Shown: one piece after another, positions 12,101-26,287 of the stretch
Numbering within the stretch: position 1 is the stretch's first letter
Layout: every line of letters begins with the position of its first letter
DNA from: a virus
Reading direction: 5' to 3' (one strand)
IMG/VR virus record: IMGVR_UViG_3300045988_122866
Coordinates: 26,982 to 90,981 of that record
DNA length: 64,000 nucleotides
The notes under the pieces: model-generated
Databases searched by the model: none
Seen by the model: only the letters and a program-made list of their open reading frames with translations
What the model was told of the DNA's origin: nothing
Made by a program: the position numbers and the translations under genes

Positions 12101-14606
12101 TTTATATAATAAAGCTACCACAGATAAACAAAGAGAAGCTTTAGAGCAATATGAAGAAACTTTAGATAAATTAAAAGAACAAGAAGCAACATTAATTGAT
12201 TTAAAGAACACAATTCAAGAATTACATTACGAAAAATTAACTTATGAAGTTGAAGTAAAAATTAAATTAGACGAAAATGATACTAAGAAATTAGAATATT
12301 ATTTTGATAAATTAAGTGATAATATTTATAAAGCTGTTGAAGCTCTTGGATATTTACAAGGTCAATTTGATCCAGTAATTAGCCAATTAGGAACTTATGA
12401 AAATTTCTATGATTAGTTAAACAATGCTTATTCTAATGGAGAAATTTCTCAAGAAAATTATATTGAAGGCTTACAAGATGTATATGATAATACATTAGAT
12501 AATTTAAATGCTTTGTAGGATTTAGATAAAGAAATGCTTGAATATTATGGTAATACTATAGATTTAGCAAATGATGAATTATCTAAATATACAGATCATA
12601 TGGAGCATTTGACTAGTGTATTGGATCATTATCGTTCTATTATTACTTTGTTAGGTAAAGACAAAGATTATGATAAAGTTTTATCAGTTTTAAATGGAAC
12701 TGCTTAGACTAAGAGAAATAATTTTGATGCTTCTAAACAATGGTATGAAAGTCTGAAGCGTGAACGTGATGCAGCGGCCGCAGCTTTAGCCAGTTCAACC
12801 GATGAGGCTGAGCGTGAAGTGCTTCAAAAGAATTATGATGCTATATTAGCCGCATTCGATGAAGCGGAAGAGGATATGCTTTCTAAAGCAGAAGAATATG
12901 GTGAAGCATTAAAAGAAATTCTTACTACAAAGATGGAACAAGCTGCGGATGAAATGAATAAGCAATTGAGCACTACTAAAGTAAGTATTAATGGTAATAA
13001 CTTTAATATTTCCGGTTGGGATGCTTTAAATGATGCTTTGGATAGAATGTCTTCTTATCAAGATGAATATTTAACAAAAACTAATTAGATTTATGAAATG
13101 AATAAACTACTTAACAATGTTAATTAGGCTATTGATAAGACAAATAATCAAGCAGCTAAAAATAGATACCAGCAATTTACTAAAGAAATTGAATAGTTAA
13201 GAGATAAAGATAAATTAAGTCAATTAGAATTAGAAATTGCTTAGGCTAAATATAAAGTGCTTGAAGCGCAAATCGCGTTAGAAGAAGCTCAAAACGCAAA
13301 ATCCACAGTTAGATTACAACGTGATAATGAGGGCAATTTTGGTTATGTGTATACCGCAGACCAAGAGAAAGTAAATGACGCGCAATAGGCTTTAGCAGAC
13401 GCGGAAAATGACTTATATAACATTCGTCTTGATGCGACAAATAAATATGGTCAACAAAAACTTCAATATGAGAAAGAGTTAGCTGAAAAGCTCGCGGAAC
13501 TTGATTAGAAAGCCGCGGAAGATGCTGTTTACCGTGAGACTACATATCAACAAGAACGTGCTTTAGTAATTCAACAATATACTGATTTAATTACTACTGC
13601 TGGAAACCTTTATGCGAAAGCGCAAGAAGAGGATAGCAGAGTCGTTCAAGATGCTTGGGTAAATTCTTTTGATATTATTAAAGATAATAGTAATAGTTGG
13701 AAAGATACTATTACTGAAAATACTAATATTATCAATGATACATTTAAAGAATGGCAAGATAGCATGGATGAAATCACTAAAATTGTTGGTGATGATTTAA
13801 AAGATACTCAATAGAAAGTTAAAGATGTTACTGATGAAAGTAATAAACTTTATCAAGAGGTATCTAATAGAGTTATTCCTGCTCTTGAAAACGAGTTAAG
13901 TTCTGTCCGTAGTGCTACTGAAGCTTGGGCACAACATCGTCAGCAATTACTTGATACTATTAGAGCTTATGAAGAGCTTTTGAGCGCTATTCAAGCAACA
14001 TTGCGCGCTTAGAGCGGATTTGGTAGCGATAGTGGTGGAGACACTGACTGGGCGGCCATGATGGGCACTGTGGCTTATGGTTCCGCGCAATATAATCAAT
14101 ATAAAAGAAATCGTGAAGAAAAAATTGCTAATGGTGGTAGTATCAATGAAGATACTACGGCTCGAGTTGATGCATATTATAAATTGCTAAGTGAAGGAAA
14201 AATTTCTGGTAAACTTCCTAATGGTAAATATAGTTTTACTTAGCTTACTGATTAGGAATGGAAAGATTTAGTCGGATTTAGAAGTGGTGGTTATACTGGC
14301 ACTTGGAATGATGATGGAAAATTAGCGTTCTTACATTAGAAAGAATTAGTTCTTAATTCTGATGATACAGAAAATATGTTAGCTTCTATCCAATTAGTTA
14401 GATAGATCGCAAAACAATTAGACTTCAATAGTCAACAAATCTCTACTCTTTCTTCTTCTGGATTTACTGTTAGTTCTCAAGATGGAACATTAGAATAGAA
14501 TGTTAGAATTGAAGCTAGTTTCCCGAACGCTACTAATAGATACGAAATTCAAGAAGCATTTAATACATTAGTTAATGTAGCTTCTCAGTATGCCAATAGA
14601 AAATAA
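6120..14606 (+). CDS. Tail tape measure protein of 2828 codons
   Basis: A single frame (coordinate mod 3 = 0) runs from ATG 6120 to TAA 14604-14606. It contains on the order of 100 in-frame TAG and no TAA or TGA. It includes a TP901-family core-like segment (…ADEIAGGLEKFAAVANTIGLSFDNAAAALATITATTRQSEDVVGTALKTIFARIQG…), Gly-zipper transmembrane segments near 8560-9560 and long coiled-coil-like sequence. Tool ORFs 6930, 9297, 12819 and 14058 are all in this frame. Confidence 0.9.
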
Positions 14607-14610
14607 AATT

Positions 14611-14649
14611 AAGGGTGAAGTCTTATAGGCTTCACCCTTTTTCTTTTTG
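14611..14649 (+). terminator. Rho-independent terminator after the tape measure
   Basis: Stem AAGGGTGAAG / CTTCACCCTT followed by TTTTCTTTTT. Confidence 0.7.
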
Positions 14650-14721
14650 GGTAATTATATTGAATAAAACTAATTAATTTTTTAGAAAATTATAGAGTAA
14701 TGAGTAAAAGGAGGGATTATT

Positions 14722-17700
14722 TTGGCTGATAACGCACTAAATATTCAAGAAAGTTTATGTCAAGCAATGAGTATTATTGCTAATTCAAGTGTTGATAAAG
14801 TTAAATTTGATAGTACCATTGAATGTACTATTATTGATGCCATTGACAAACTTATTGGTAAGTATAAGGTTAAAAATGAATCTTATGCTGAATTTTATGC
14901 TTATTCCCAAATAACCACTTATAACAAAGGCGATAAAGTATATGTATAGATCCCAAAAGGAGACTATAATAGCACTAAATTTATTGTCGGTAAAAAGACA
15001 GATAAAAATGAAGATAAACCATATAATTTTGTCAATCCTTTTAATACTTTTATTGATTTAACTGGCAATTTTTTTATTGCCAAAGACAATAATAAAGAAG
15101 TTTGGAGCATCTTAGCCAATGGTAATGAAGAGGAAATTGAGATTACTCCAAATGGCGGAATTACCTTTACTGATGAGCAATAGGGATTTACGCGGTTGGG
15201 GTTGCGTGCCGATTTCCGCGCCTGGCTTGAAACGCTCGGTGTAGTAAGTGGTAATTATGGATTAAAATTAAATATATATGGTATTAGAGATGATACTGCG
15301 GACAATATTAAAAAAATAGAAAATAGTATTAAAAATAATGGAGAAATCCCTTTAATTGCATCTATTGATTTAGATACTAATGATATGTATGGCAATCCTT
15401 ATAATTTTGAAGGATATTATTCTCAAGAAATTGTTATTGATACTAGTGCAGTAGCTAAAATATATAATATAAAAATATTTTTATATCAAAAAGGTAATTT
15501 TAAAGATAGTAATAATAATTTAATTAGTTATGCCAATGATTTCAATATGTCAATTCCGCCTAATAATATCTTTGTAAAAGATATATATATGGGACTAGGT
15601 ATTTCTGCGGATGAAATAGAAAATGAATATGTAAGATTATATTCATTGGATGGAAGTACTTATGTAATTGACGATAAGGGTTAGATTGATTCTAAAACTA
15701 TTAAATTGAAATGGGTTCATTTTGATGAAGATGGCAATAGAACTCAAATAACTGAACATAAAAAAGATGATGCTTTTGAAGTTCGTTGGTATATGTATGA
15801 ATTTGGAGCACCGTCCGCGGACGAATATTCTGGTGTCTATTGGACTGCGATTGAAGATAATAAAAATAATTTTTATTATTAGCTAAAACCGCGTTCTAAT
15901 AAAAATCAAGAATAGGTTAAAGTAATTATTTTATATAATGGAAAAGTTTATAGAAGTAATATAATTACTTTTAATAATGAAAAACAAGTTCCTAATGATG
16001 CGACTATTGATAGTTTAAATGCTTTGTCTATCCACTGTGAAGATTAGACTAATGGTAATTATTTGATTTATAATTAGGCTAATTATTTAATGAATAGATC
16101 AGATGGAAAGATTAGTCGTAAATTAACTTTACATTTTGATTCTAAGACTTATGCTATTAATAATGGTATAATTGGTAAAAATTAGAATGGAGAAAGTAAA
16201 TTAGTTGAAGCTTAGAGAGTAATTTGGCAAATTCCTATTAAAAATACTATGCTTAATTTTGGTATTAAAGATGATGGAACCGATGCCACTTATAAAGAAA
16301 TTATTATTGATTTAACTAATGAAAACGTCAATGTTTCTCCTGGAGAATTTTCTTTAAATTATACTATTAATACTTTTTATAGTAGCAATAAATCTAATAA
16401 TACTGTAATTGCTAAAGTAGAAAAGGATGGTATTGTTTATACTGCTATTAAAGATTTTACTTTTGGATAGGCAGGAACTAATGGTACTGATTGTACTTTG
16501 GTAATTGATATGGTAGCTCATGAAAATTTAAATAATAAAGTATTTACTGCTATAAAAAGTGGGGTAAGAGATAATTATACTTTTAGAGCTTAGTTATATG
16601 ATAATGAAGGTAAAGAAATTACTGATTTTAAAAATTGTAACTGGACTTGGAGTTTTATGTCTGGATCAACGGTTAATAATGTTGATTTATAGAATACTAA
16701 TAATTAGAATTGCGTGTTAAGAGTTAATACTACAAATTCTATAATGAATAATTTAATTATTTTATAGGTAAAGTTATCTGGTTGGGGAGATTACGATTTA
16801 ACTGCTTATTATCCAGTTCCTATTACAACTTTAGATAATGCTTATATAAATGGCCCAACAGAGGTAATTTATTTGAGTAATGGCGAACCTACATTTTCTA
16901 AAGAGCCTTATAAATTATTTATAAATGGTGAAGTAGATGAAACTGCGACTTGGAGTATTTATCCTACTGGGTCTACAGATAAATTTATTGGATAGATTAA
17001 ATATAATGATAAGAAAAAAGAATATAGATTAAGTCCTATGAATTTTTATGTTGACGGGGTAAGTACTTATGGAGTTCAAGGAAAATAGGGAAGCAATGTA
17101 ATTTGGAGCCAACCTATTTTAGTCATATAGAATAAATATCCATCAGCTATGGTAAATAAATGGGATGGATAGTTAAGTATAGACGATAGTAATAATTTTA
17201 TTGGGGTTGCTTAGATCGCAGCTGGTAAAAAAGAAAATAATAATACATTTACTGGCGTTTTAATGGGATCTTTTGGTGATAGTAATGCTGATAGTAGTCT
17301 TAGCAAAAACACTGGTGTTTATGGATATTATCAAGGCAAATAGGTTTATGCTTTAAAAGATGATGGAACCGCTACATTTGGTAAATCTGGGAATGGGCGA
17401 ATTACAATTAATGGAAGTGCCAGTTAGATAAAATCTGAAGGATATGATAGCGGTAATGGTCTTTTAATTGATTTAAAAGAAAGTAAAATAGATGGTAAAA
17501 GTAATAGTTATAGTGCTTTTTTATTAAATAAATCTAGTCCATATTTAACAATTAAAGACCCTGTTAGTAATACTACTTTAATGAATGTAGGAGATAATGG
17601 TTATTATTTAAAGTCTAAAAATTATACTACAGATGGTACTACCGGAATGTATATAAATTTAAATGATGGTTCTATCACTGCCAATACTGGTACATTTAAA

Positions 17701-18153
17701 GGCGACATTATAATTAATTATACTGGTAGTACAGGCGACGGATGGGTTTATGGTAACAAAAGTTTAAGTTATATTTTAAATTAGATTGGAAAAGCGGCTA
17801 AAGAAGCTGGTGATTTAGCAGAAAGTTCTATTCAATGGACTAAAGATTTGGCACAAGCATAGGATGATATTAAATATGCTTTAAATGGAATTTCAAGTAC
17901 TGTTAGTATGTTGGATAAATTTTTTGAAATTGGTACTTCTATTGACGCCGAAGGGTACGTACATTATGGACAACGTCCATCTTTTACAAGTCCTCTTGGC
18001 GGTTCTGTTGCAGTGGGTTCTGGTGTACAGATTACAGGAGATAGAATTATTATAGGAGATAATCGAAGTTCAGTAAACTTTCAAAGTGCTACAATATATA
18101 TAACTGGAAGTACAACATTAGAAGAATATATTAGACAAATCGCTGGCGTTTAA
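14722..18153 (+). CDS. Large tail protein in the distal-tail-protein (Dit) position, about 1143 aa
   Basis: TTG start after RBS AAAGGAGGG. A single frame runs to TAA 18151-18153 with only TAG interruptions. It joins tool ORFs 14722, 15196, 16249, 17581 and 17908. Confidence 0.6.
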
Positions 18154-18178
18154 ATATGATAAAAGGAGAAAAAGGAAA

Positions 18179-18358
18179 ATGAATGAAAGAGATATTAATT
18201 TCTTAAAAGTTTTATATAATACTCTTTCTTTAGTGACAACTAAAGGAGAGGATACTATTCTTATGGGAGAATGCTTAAAACAATTAAGAAATTTTACGGA
18301 TAGATTGTCAACAAATCTTCAAGAGGAGAAGAATAACGAAAATAATTAGGAGGGATAA
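18179..18358 (+). CDS. Small protein of 59 aa
   Basis: RBS AAAGGAG precedes ATG 18179. One in-frame TAG; stops at TAA 18356-18358. Confidence 0.35.
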
Positions 18359-18359
18359 A

Positions 18360-21239
18360 ATGGTTAATAAATTATATCCACCTATTATATCTGGAACTTT
18401 ACCAGCATTTGTTGGATAGGAAATTACTATTCCATTTCAAATGAATCGTGCAGTTAGTATGGTAGAAGTTTCAGGATTGTGTTATATAATTAAAACAGTA
18501 TCAAGCAATGTTGTAATTGCTTAGGGAACAACCGCGGATTTTACTCCAAGCAAAGTTCGCGGTTGCTTGGAACAAGGGTCTATTACTTTCAATATAAACC
18601 TTAAATCAATTACTAATAATGGAAAACCTATCCAGTATAGATTAAATCCAGGATAGTCTTATAAAATTCAATTAGCATATATTAATACTAATGGAGTAGT
18701 CGGATACTATTCTACAGTTGGTATTGCTAAATGTACGACTAAGCCCGCAGTTTATATAAAAGGTTTTGAAGATAATTTAGTAGGAATAAATAAAACAAAT
18801 TTTATTGGAGTATATGGCCAAAAAGAAAAAAATGATGATATTACTGAAAAAGTTTATTCATATAGATTTAAAGTATATGATGAAAATGGTAATATTTTTG
18901 CTGATAGCGGAGAACAATTACATAATTCAATCAATGATACAGAATTAAATGAAAGTTATGATAGCTTTGAATTAAATAAAGAATTACAAAAAAATAAAAA
19001 TTATTTTATTCAATATTCTATAACTACTATCAATAATTATGAAGCAGAAAGTGTTCGTTATCAAATTATTAATAGAGAAACTATTAATCCAGAATTACAA
19101 GCAACTCTTTCTGCGGTTATGGATGAAAATAATGGGTATGTAAAAATTAATTTAAATGGAATCCGTGATAAAAAGACAGGATTAGAAATTCCCACGACAG
19201 GAGCTTTTGCTTTATTGAGAGCCAGTAGCGAAGATGATTTTAATACTTGGAATACAATATTAAAGTTTAAATTAGTTGGTGAAACTCCTTCAAGAGAATT
19301 GTATAAAGATTTTACTGTTGAGCATGGATTTAGTTATCAATATGCGGTGTAGCAATATAGCGATGAAACCGCAGTCCGCAGTAATAAAATTTTCTCTAAT
19401 ACAATATACAGTATTTTTGAAGATAGTTTTTTATATAGTAATGGACAGTTATTAAAAATAAGATTTAATCCAAAAGTAAGTAGTTTTAAAATTAATACTC
19501 TTGAAAGTAAAACTGATACTATTGGAAGTCAATATCCTTATATTTTCAGAAATGGAAATACTTATTATCACGAATTTCCTATAAGTGGTTTAATTTCTCA
19601 CCTTATGGATGAAGATCATTTGTTTATAGATAAATTGGGCGATGATGAAATTAAAGATTTTACATCAACTGATTTGACTAACTATAATATTAATATAGAG
19701 CGTCAATTTAAAACTAAGGCTTTAGAATTTTTAACTGATGGAGAACCTAAGTTATTTAAGTCTCCAACCGAAGGAAACTTTATTGTGCGTTTGTTAAATG
19801 TAAGTTTAAGTCCAGAAGATAAATTAGGTCGTATGCTTCATACATTTAGCGGAACCGCCTATGAAATTGATAAAGTTAGTTTTGATAATCTCACTACTTA
19901 TGGATTTATTGATGCAGATCCGCCTGAAAGTGAAATTCTTAAATGGGATAGTATTTCTTTTGATGGATGGTATAAAATTAATGGGTATATTGATGACGTA
20001 AATACCTATATTGATAACTTAAAAGATGAAAATTTAACTTAGGCAGAAATTAATAAATTACAAGCAAATAAACAAACTTGTTTAGATAATTTATTACAAA
20101 CACTAAGTTTTTATCCTATGTTTGAATTACTTTATAATGGAGACCATTATAGCTTATAGACTAAAGATATCTTGGCTAATTCTCCTGCAATAACTATTCG
20201 ATTTGAAGGTTTTGCGCCGGGAGATAAATTTAATGTTGATGGAGAAGAAATTGTTATTGGTATTACGGGAGCTTATTTAATAGATCATGTAGCTCCTATT
20301 CATAGTGTAAAAATAATTGAATTATCCGATGTAGGATTACAACAAGGAACTATTGTATATTCTTATTATGGTAAACAAGCAAGTAAATTTGATACCATTA
20401 GCGATATTCAAGTTGCTGATTTACCTTTAGAGCAATATTATGGTACTGAAGGTAATATTTTAAATCTTTATAATGATAATTTCAAATATAAAATCACAAA
20501 AATTTATTTCTTGCGTTTTACGAAGCGCGAAGTATAGAAACTATATACTAATAATAGAGTTAATTTTTATATAGCTCCTGATAGGGCATTAGAAGATAAT
20601 AATTATACCATGGAGATTAAGCGTGAAGATTTTGATCCAACTTTAATCTATCATGTGTATGTGGTTAAAGAAAATGAAGAAAGAGATTATTATATTGATG
20701 GTTATACTAAAAAGGAAATTTATGATTCAGGTATTTTAGTAAATGAGAAAAACTGGGCCTGTAATATTAGAATAAATGAAGATAATAAATAGATTATTGG
20801 TATAGACCATAAAAATGAATATCAAATAAAAGATTTGACTGATATTACTTCTATTGAAATTGATCCTGGCGTTTTATGTGAATTGTCAGTACAACGTCAA
20901 GAAATAGTTTATTCTTTTGAAAATGATAATCAAACTACTTATAGAATTTTTAATGGTCAGACTTATACTACAACAACTATTTATCAATTAAAGCAAAATT
21001 GGTTAAGAGCTAAAAAAACTTTAAAAGATTTTAAAGAATTAGAACAAGATAAAAGTAATCCTGACTTCTCTAATGATGATCCATTCTATAATGTAAATCA
21101 AAATAATATTTAGGATTGTATAAAAAAATACAATAGAAAAGTAGCAGAATTACAAAAGATTATAGACGAAACTTATACTTTATTTATTGATACTTTAAGA
21201 AAGGCGGTAGAGGATTATGAAGACTCAAAGACAATATGA
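18360..21239 (+). CDS. Baseplate or tail-associated protein in the Tal/hub position, about 959 aa
   Basis: Frame 0 runs from ATG 18360 to TGA 21237-21239 through TAG only. It joins tool ORFs 19119, 19605, 20172, 20610 and 20835. Confidence 0.6.
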
Positions 21240-23523
21240 TACCGACTTTCTTAAAAAGTTAGATGAATTTAAACATAAAGTAGTTTATGCTCGTATTGAG
21301 CTACTAACATTTGATGAATTACCAATAGAAAGTATAGAGGGTAAGATAACCGGCGGATCAATTAATATTGATGGAACATCTGCGGTCCGCCGGTCTTGTT
21401 CTCTTACTATGGCCACGAATGAGAAATTATATAAACAATATTCTTGGGGTTTAAATTCTAAGTTTAGTTTGGCTATTGGATTAGAAAATAAAATTGATAA
21501 TAAATATCCAGATATTATTTGGTTTAATCAAGGTATTTATTTAATTACATCTTTTAATACTTCTCAAAGTGCTAGCTCATATAATATCTCTATTCAAGGT
21601 AAAGATAAGATGTGTTTATTGAATGGAGATTTAGGAGGAGATTTACCTGCTTCTGTAGATTTTGGACAAGAAGAAGTAATTACTTATAGTTATAATAAAC
21701 AAAATAGTATAACTAAAGATAATTATATAAAAGGTAAATATTGTTATATTGTTAATAGTGAAGAAGAAGCTAAAAAACATAATATTTATTATATTTCTAC
21801 TTAGAATAAACAAACTACTTATTATGTTTTAGATGAAGAAGAGTTTAGTAATAAAGAGTATTATTTAAGAGAGAGTTATTTGAATCTAATTTCAATTCCT
21901 ATTTAGACTATTATTAAAAAACTTCTTACAGTTTATGGCAAAGAAAAAGAAAGTAATATAATTATTAATGATTTAGACCAATATGGTTATGAGTTGTTAG
22001 CTAATAAATGCGATGAAACTATGTATTTTTTCAAAGACGCACAAACGAATAGAATAGTTAATGCTTCGATAGGGACAATGCCTACTTTATTAGATATAAA
22101 TAATAATAAAATAACTGATATGAGTAGTATTAAATTCGATAATTTAGGTAGTAATAAATTATTAGATAACGCTCCTGAACCGACTAAAGTAAGGTTGGTA
22201 AATAATGGAACTATTTACACTATTATAAGTCGAATAACTAATGAAACAGTTGGTTATCGTATTTGTGATTTAGTCTATGCAGGAGAGCTTATTACGAGTG
22301 TTGGTGAAAATATAACTAGTGTATTAGATAAAATTAAAAATATGTTAAGTTGTTTCGAGTATTACTATGATATAGATGGTAGATTCATTTTTTAGCGAAA
22401 GAAATTTTATGAATACCAATCTTGGAATAATATAGTAAAAAATTCTAATGGAGATAATTATATTGAGCCTGCGGTTTATTCTTCTTCTTCAATTTATTCT
22501 TTTAGAGATGGATAGACGGTTATTTCTTTTAATAATACTCCATAGATTGCTAATCTAAGAAATGATTTTTCTATTTGGGGATAGAGAGAAAGCGCTAGTG
22601 GGGCAGAAATCCCTATCCATTTAAGATATGCAATAGATCAAAAACCTATTCAATATACTACAATTATTGTGAATGATAATGATATAAATAGGTATAAATC
22701 TACAATGTATAATAATGATATTTTTGATACTATGAATCCGCAATTAGAACAAAAGACTTATAAAAACAAATGGTATCAAAGCGAAAATGAACCGGGAGTT
22801 ATTTATTGTGATTGGCGTGAAGTTTTATATCGTATGGCTGTAGATTATTATCAATATAATTATGCGGATGATTTTACTAGTAAAGTGGCAACCGCGAATC
22901 CTGATTTTTATCCTTCTGGAATAACTGGTTATGAAACTTATTATGTAGATTTATTTTCTTTTTGGAGAGATATTTATGATTATGATAAGTTAGATTTTAA
23001 AGAAGAAGTAAAGAATAATCCTGAGAATTTAAATTTCTGGTTTGATTTTATTGGAGAAGAAAATGCGGATATTGCTAAATACTCAGTTCAATTAATCGGA
23101 GATAGAACAAAAGCAATTAATGATACTAATATAAAAGTCATATGTTATAGAGATACACCTGATGTATTATTTATGACATAGACAGATTATGATTCTATTA
23201 TTTAGAATAATTATCCAATAGAAAGTGGATATATTTGGATTAATATTCCTTCAGGGTATGATAATTATTTTAAAATTAGTTCTAAAGGTAAGAGCGCAGT
23301 TGATGAAATTGAAGATTTACTTTATACAACAGCTTATTGTACGGAAAGTGTTTCAATTTCTACTATTCCAGTTTATTATTTAGAACCTAATAATAGAATT
23401 TATATTGAAGATAAAAGAAGTGGCGTTGAAGGAGAATATTTAGTTAATAAAATAACTATTCCATTAACTTATAATGGTTCAATGTCTATTAGTGCCACCA
23501 AAGCAATATCAAGAGTATATTAA
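21217..23523 (+). CDS. Baseplate or tail protein of about 768 aa
   Basis: RBS GGAGG precedes ATG 21217, which overlaps the upstream gene by 23 nt. Frame 1 runs to TAA 23521-23523 through TAG only. It joins tool ORFs 21217, 21994 and 22669. Confidence 0.6.
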
Positions 23524-23536
23524 GGAGGACCACTAA

Positions 23537-23881
23537 ATGGCAAGAAAGATAAGACAAATTCGTTATTATGGTGAAGGTCTTAATTCTAAGAACTATCCAA
23601 GTGATGTTAATATGAGTAAACTAATTACAGGAACCGCATTTAAAAATAATAATCAAAATGTGTTGATTACTCAGTTGGGTATTTAGACTTTACCAGGAAC
23701 GAAATTTTATTTGAATGATAGCTCTAATGCTATTATTGTTGGAAATACTGGTATTTATGAATTAGATTTAGAAGGTATTTCTACTATTAATTTAATTAAA
23801 TTTGACAGAAGTTCTATGAATTTGATTAATCAAAATAAAGAAGCGTATCTTATTATAGATTATTTATTTGAGGAGGGTTGA
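23537..23881 (+). CDS. Small baseplate-module protein of about 114 aa
   Basis: RBS AAGGAGG precedes ATG 23537. Stops at TGA 23879-23881 with one in-frame TAG. Confidence 0.5.
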
Positions 23882-23883
23882 TA

Positions 23884-26199
23884 ATGGGTTTTTATGGTAA
23901 TATAACTAATACTTCAAAAACAACCTTCGCTTTTGATAGAATTTATAATAATAGACTTCAAATGGATAATAATTGTGCTAGCGATGGAGTGTTTTTAGGT
24001 CGCTATGTTTTAGTCGAGTATGGTCTTCCAGCTTCTTAGTATATAATAGGCTATCTTGACAATAATGGGAATATGTATGATGATCCTACTGATAGAAGTG
24101 ATTCTCATATTATTTTATGCGAAAAAGGAAAAATGGTAAAAATTAGTAAAAGTAGTTATTGGTATTTATATACGGGAGATATCAAATCTGATGGTGCTCC
24201 GTATTGGAGATATCTTACTAGAATTACTAATGACAGAGTTGATGATGAATAGTATAATAAAAATTATCAAATAGATTATCCCGTTTATGGACGAGGATAT
24301 GATTCTACCGTTTGGATAAAACAATATATTAATAATCAAGAAACTTATATTTAGATTGCTGAATTAAATACTGTTGTTCCAAATTTTTCAATTTATCCAT
24401 TGCTTCCTCAAGACCCATATGTTGCGGTTGATAACGCTAGTATTGTATATCAACCAGGTAAGTATTATTATTACGATGAAACTGATAGTCATTATAAATT
24501 AGATAATAATGATACTAAAACTGAAGGACGTATTTATTATTTAGAAAGTGAACTTGGACCTGCTATAACTGCAGATCAAAGTAGTACAAATTTACTTTAT
24601 AAATTAAGAGTTCCTACTAATTTTCAACTTGATTTAGATGATAATAATATTTATTATAATAAAGAAGGGTTTAGTAAAACAAAACACTCTTATGATAATA
24701 CTACAAAAAATAGTATTAATTATAAATTAAGTTAGTCAGGATATAAATTTTATTATAATGTAGAATAGGATAATGTTGTTGGTGAACCGATTGAAGATGG
24801 CTATGACCGCAAATCACTTGTAGTAAAACTTCCTGCTCTTGGTAATGCAGTATGTGAAACTTATGATTTACTTTATGGTCAAAATCGTAATGATTCTACT
24901 ACTAATTTTGACAAAACTAATGTTAAGGGAGCTTTAAATACTCTTAATAAAAAAATGAATTTAGGAAAATTAGAGACCAATAAACTTATTTACTTTTCTA
25001 CTGAAACCGATAATGATATTAATGACAATTATATGAAATCTGCGACTATTCAAGGAGATAACCTAATTTCAATAAATGCAGATATCGAAAAAAATGGTGG
25101 AGCTATTAAAATTACCCATAATAATTTAGATGTAAGTAAAGCATCAAAAAATTATGGTAAAGATGTTGATTTTAGTACTTTTGGCTCTTCTATTACTTTA
25201 CCTAAATTATTTACAGATAGAGCTGGGCATATTGTAAAAGAAGAAACATTCTCAGTTAGTATTCCAAAAGGCTCTTATGAAAATACTAAAGAGGGTAATG
25301 TTCTTACTTCTTTAAGTTTTATTGATACTACCGGAGCTTTAAGTAGTGAAAAATCTTATTTAGGTACTTTAACGTTAGGAACTGGATATATTACTAATGA
25401 TAAATTAAATACTATTACCAAAGATACAACTCTTAATGATAGTATTAATAGATTGATTGATAATAGCGATAGCAAATATAATACTTTATTGGGTCAAACT
25501 AATAATAGTTTTGGTAAAGATACTATTCCAACTCTTTATGGCTTAAGACAAGGAATCAATAGTGATAGAGATAATATTAGTAATTTAAGCGATAAAATTG
25601 ATATTTTAAATGGAGCCGTATCTACTACTAATTCTGTTGCTTATAGTATTAAGTAGGCTATTGATAAATTAGATAAAACTGATAACAAGGTAGATAAACA
25701 ATTTGTTACGGCTGTAGAAGAAAAAGATGGTTTAATAACTGTTTCAAGAAGTGCCTTACAAGAAAATGATTTACCTATTACTTTTGATGGAACTTATAGT
25801 AGTAGCAATAAAGTTGCTACTATGAGTAGTTTAAATACTTTAAAAGCAAATCTTTTAGGCGATTATACTGGCACATTAGCTGATGTAAATACTTTAGCAA
25901 GTAGTAAATTAAATGAAGACGCAGTGCGCGGTCTTACGTATAATGCAACTTCTGGAACTAATGGAGCTAAAACCATAGCAGAAATGTTTGATTTAATTGT
26001 AGAATTATAGAATAAAAATACGTAGTTAAATACAACTATTAAGGCATTATAGGATAAAGACGCGGAATCTGATACGACTATTAAAGCATTATAGGACAAA
26101 GATATTGAATTAAATAATTTAATTGCTGGATTAAGAACTGATGTTGATGCTTTAAAGAATAATTCGAATAATACTGATACTCCATCTGAAACAACTTAA
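23884..26199 (+). CDS. Tail fiber protein of about 771 aa with a C-terminal coiled coil
   Basis: Frame 1 runs from ATG 23884 to TAA 26197-26199 through TAG only. The C-terminus has near-tandem heptad-like repeats (…TIKALQDKD…). Confidence 0.6.
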
Positions 26200-26208
26200 T
26201 TTAAATAA

Positions 26209-26240
26209 AGGGTTTGGTCTTAATAGGCCAAACCCTTTTA
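26209..26240 (+). terminator. Rho-independent terminator
   Basis: Stem GGGTTTGG / CCAAACCC followed by TTTT. Confidence 0.65.
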
Positions 26241-26287
26241 GTATTGATTAAAAAGATTTTATAAATAATAGAAAGGAGTCGATTATC

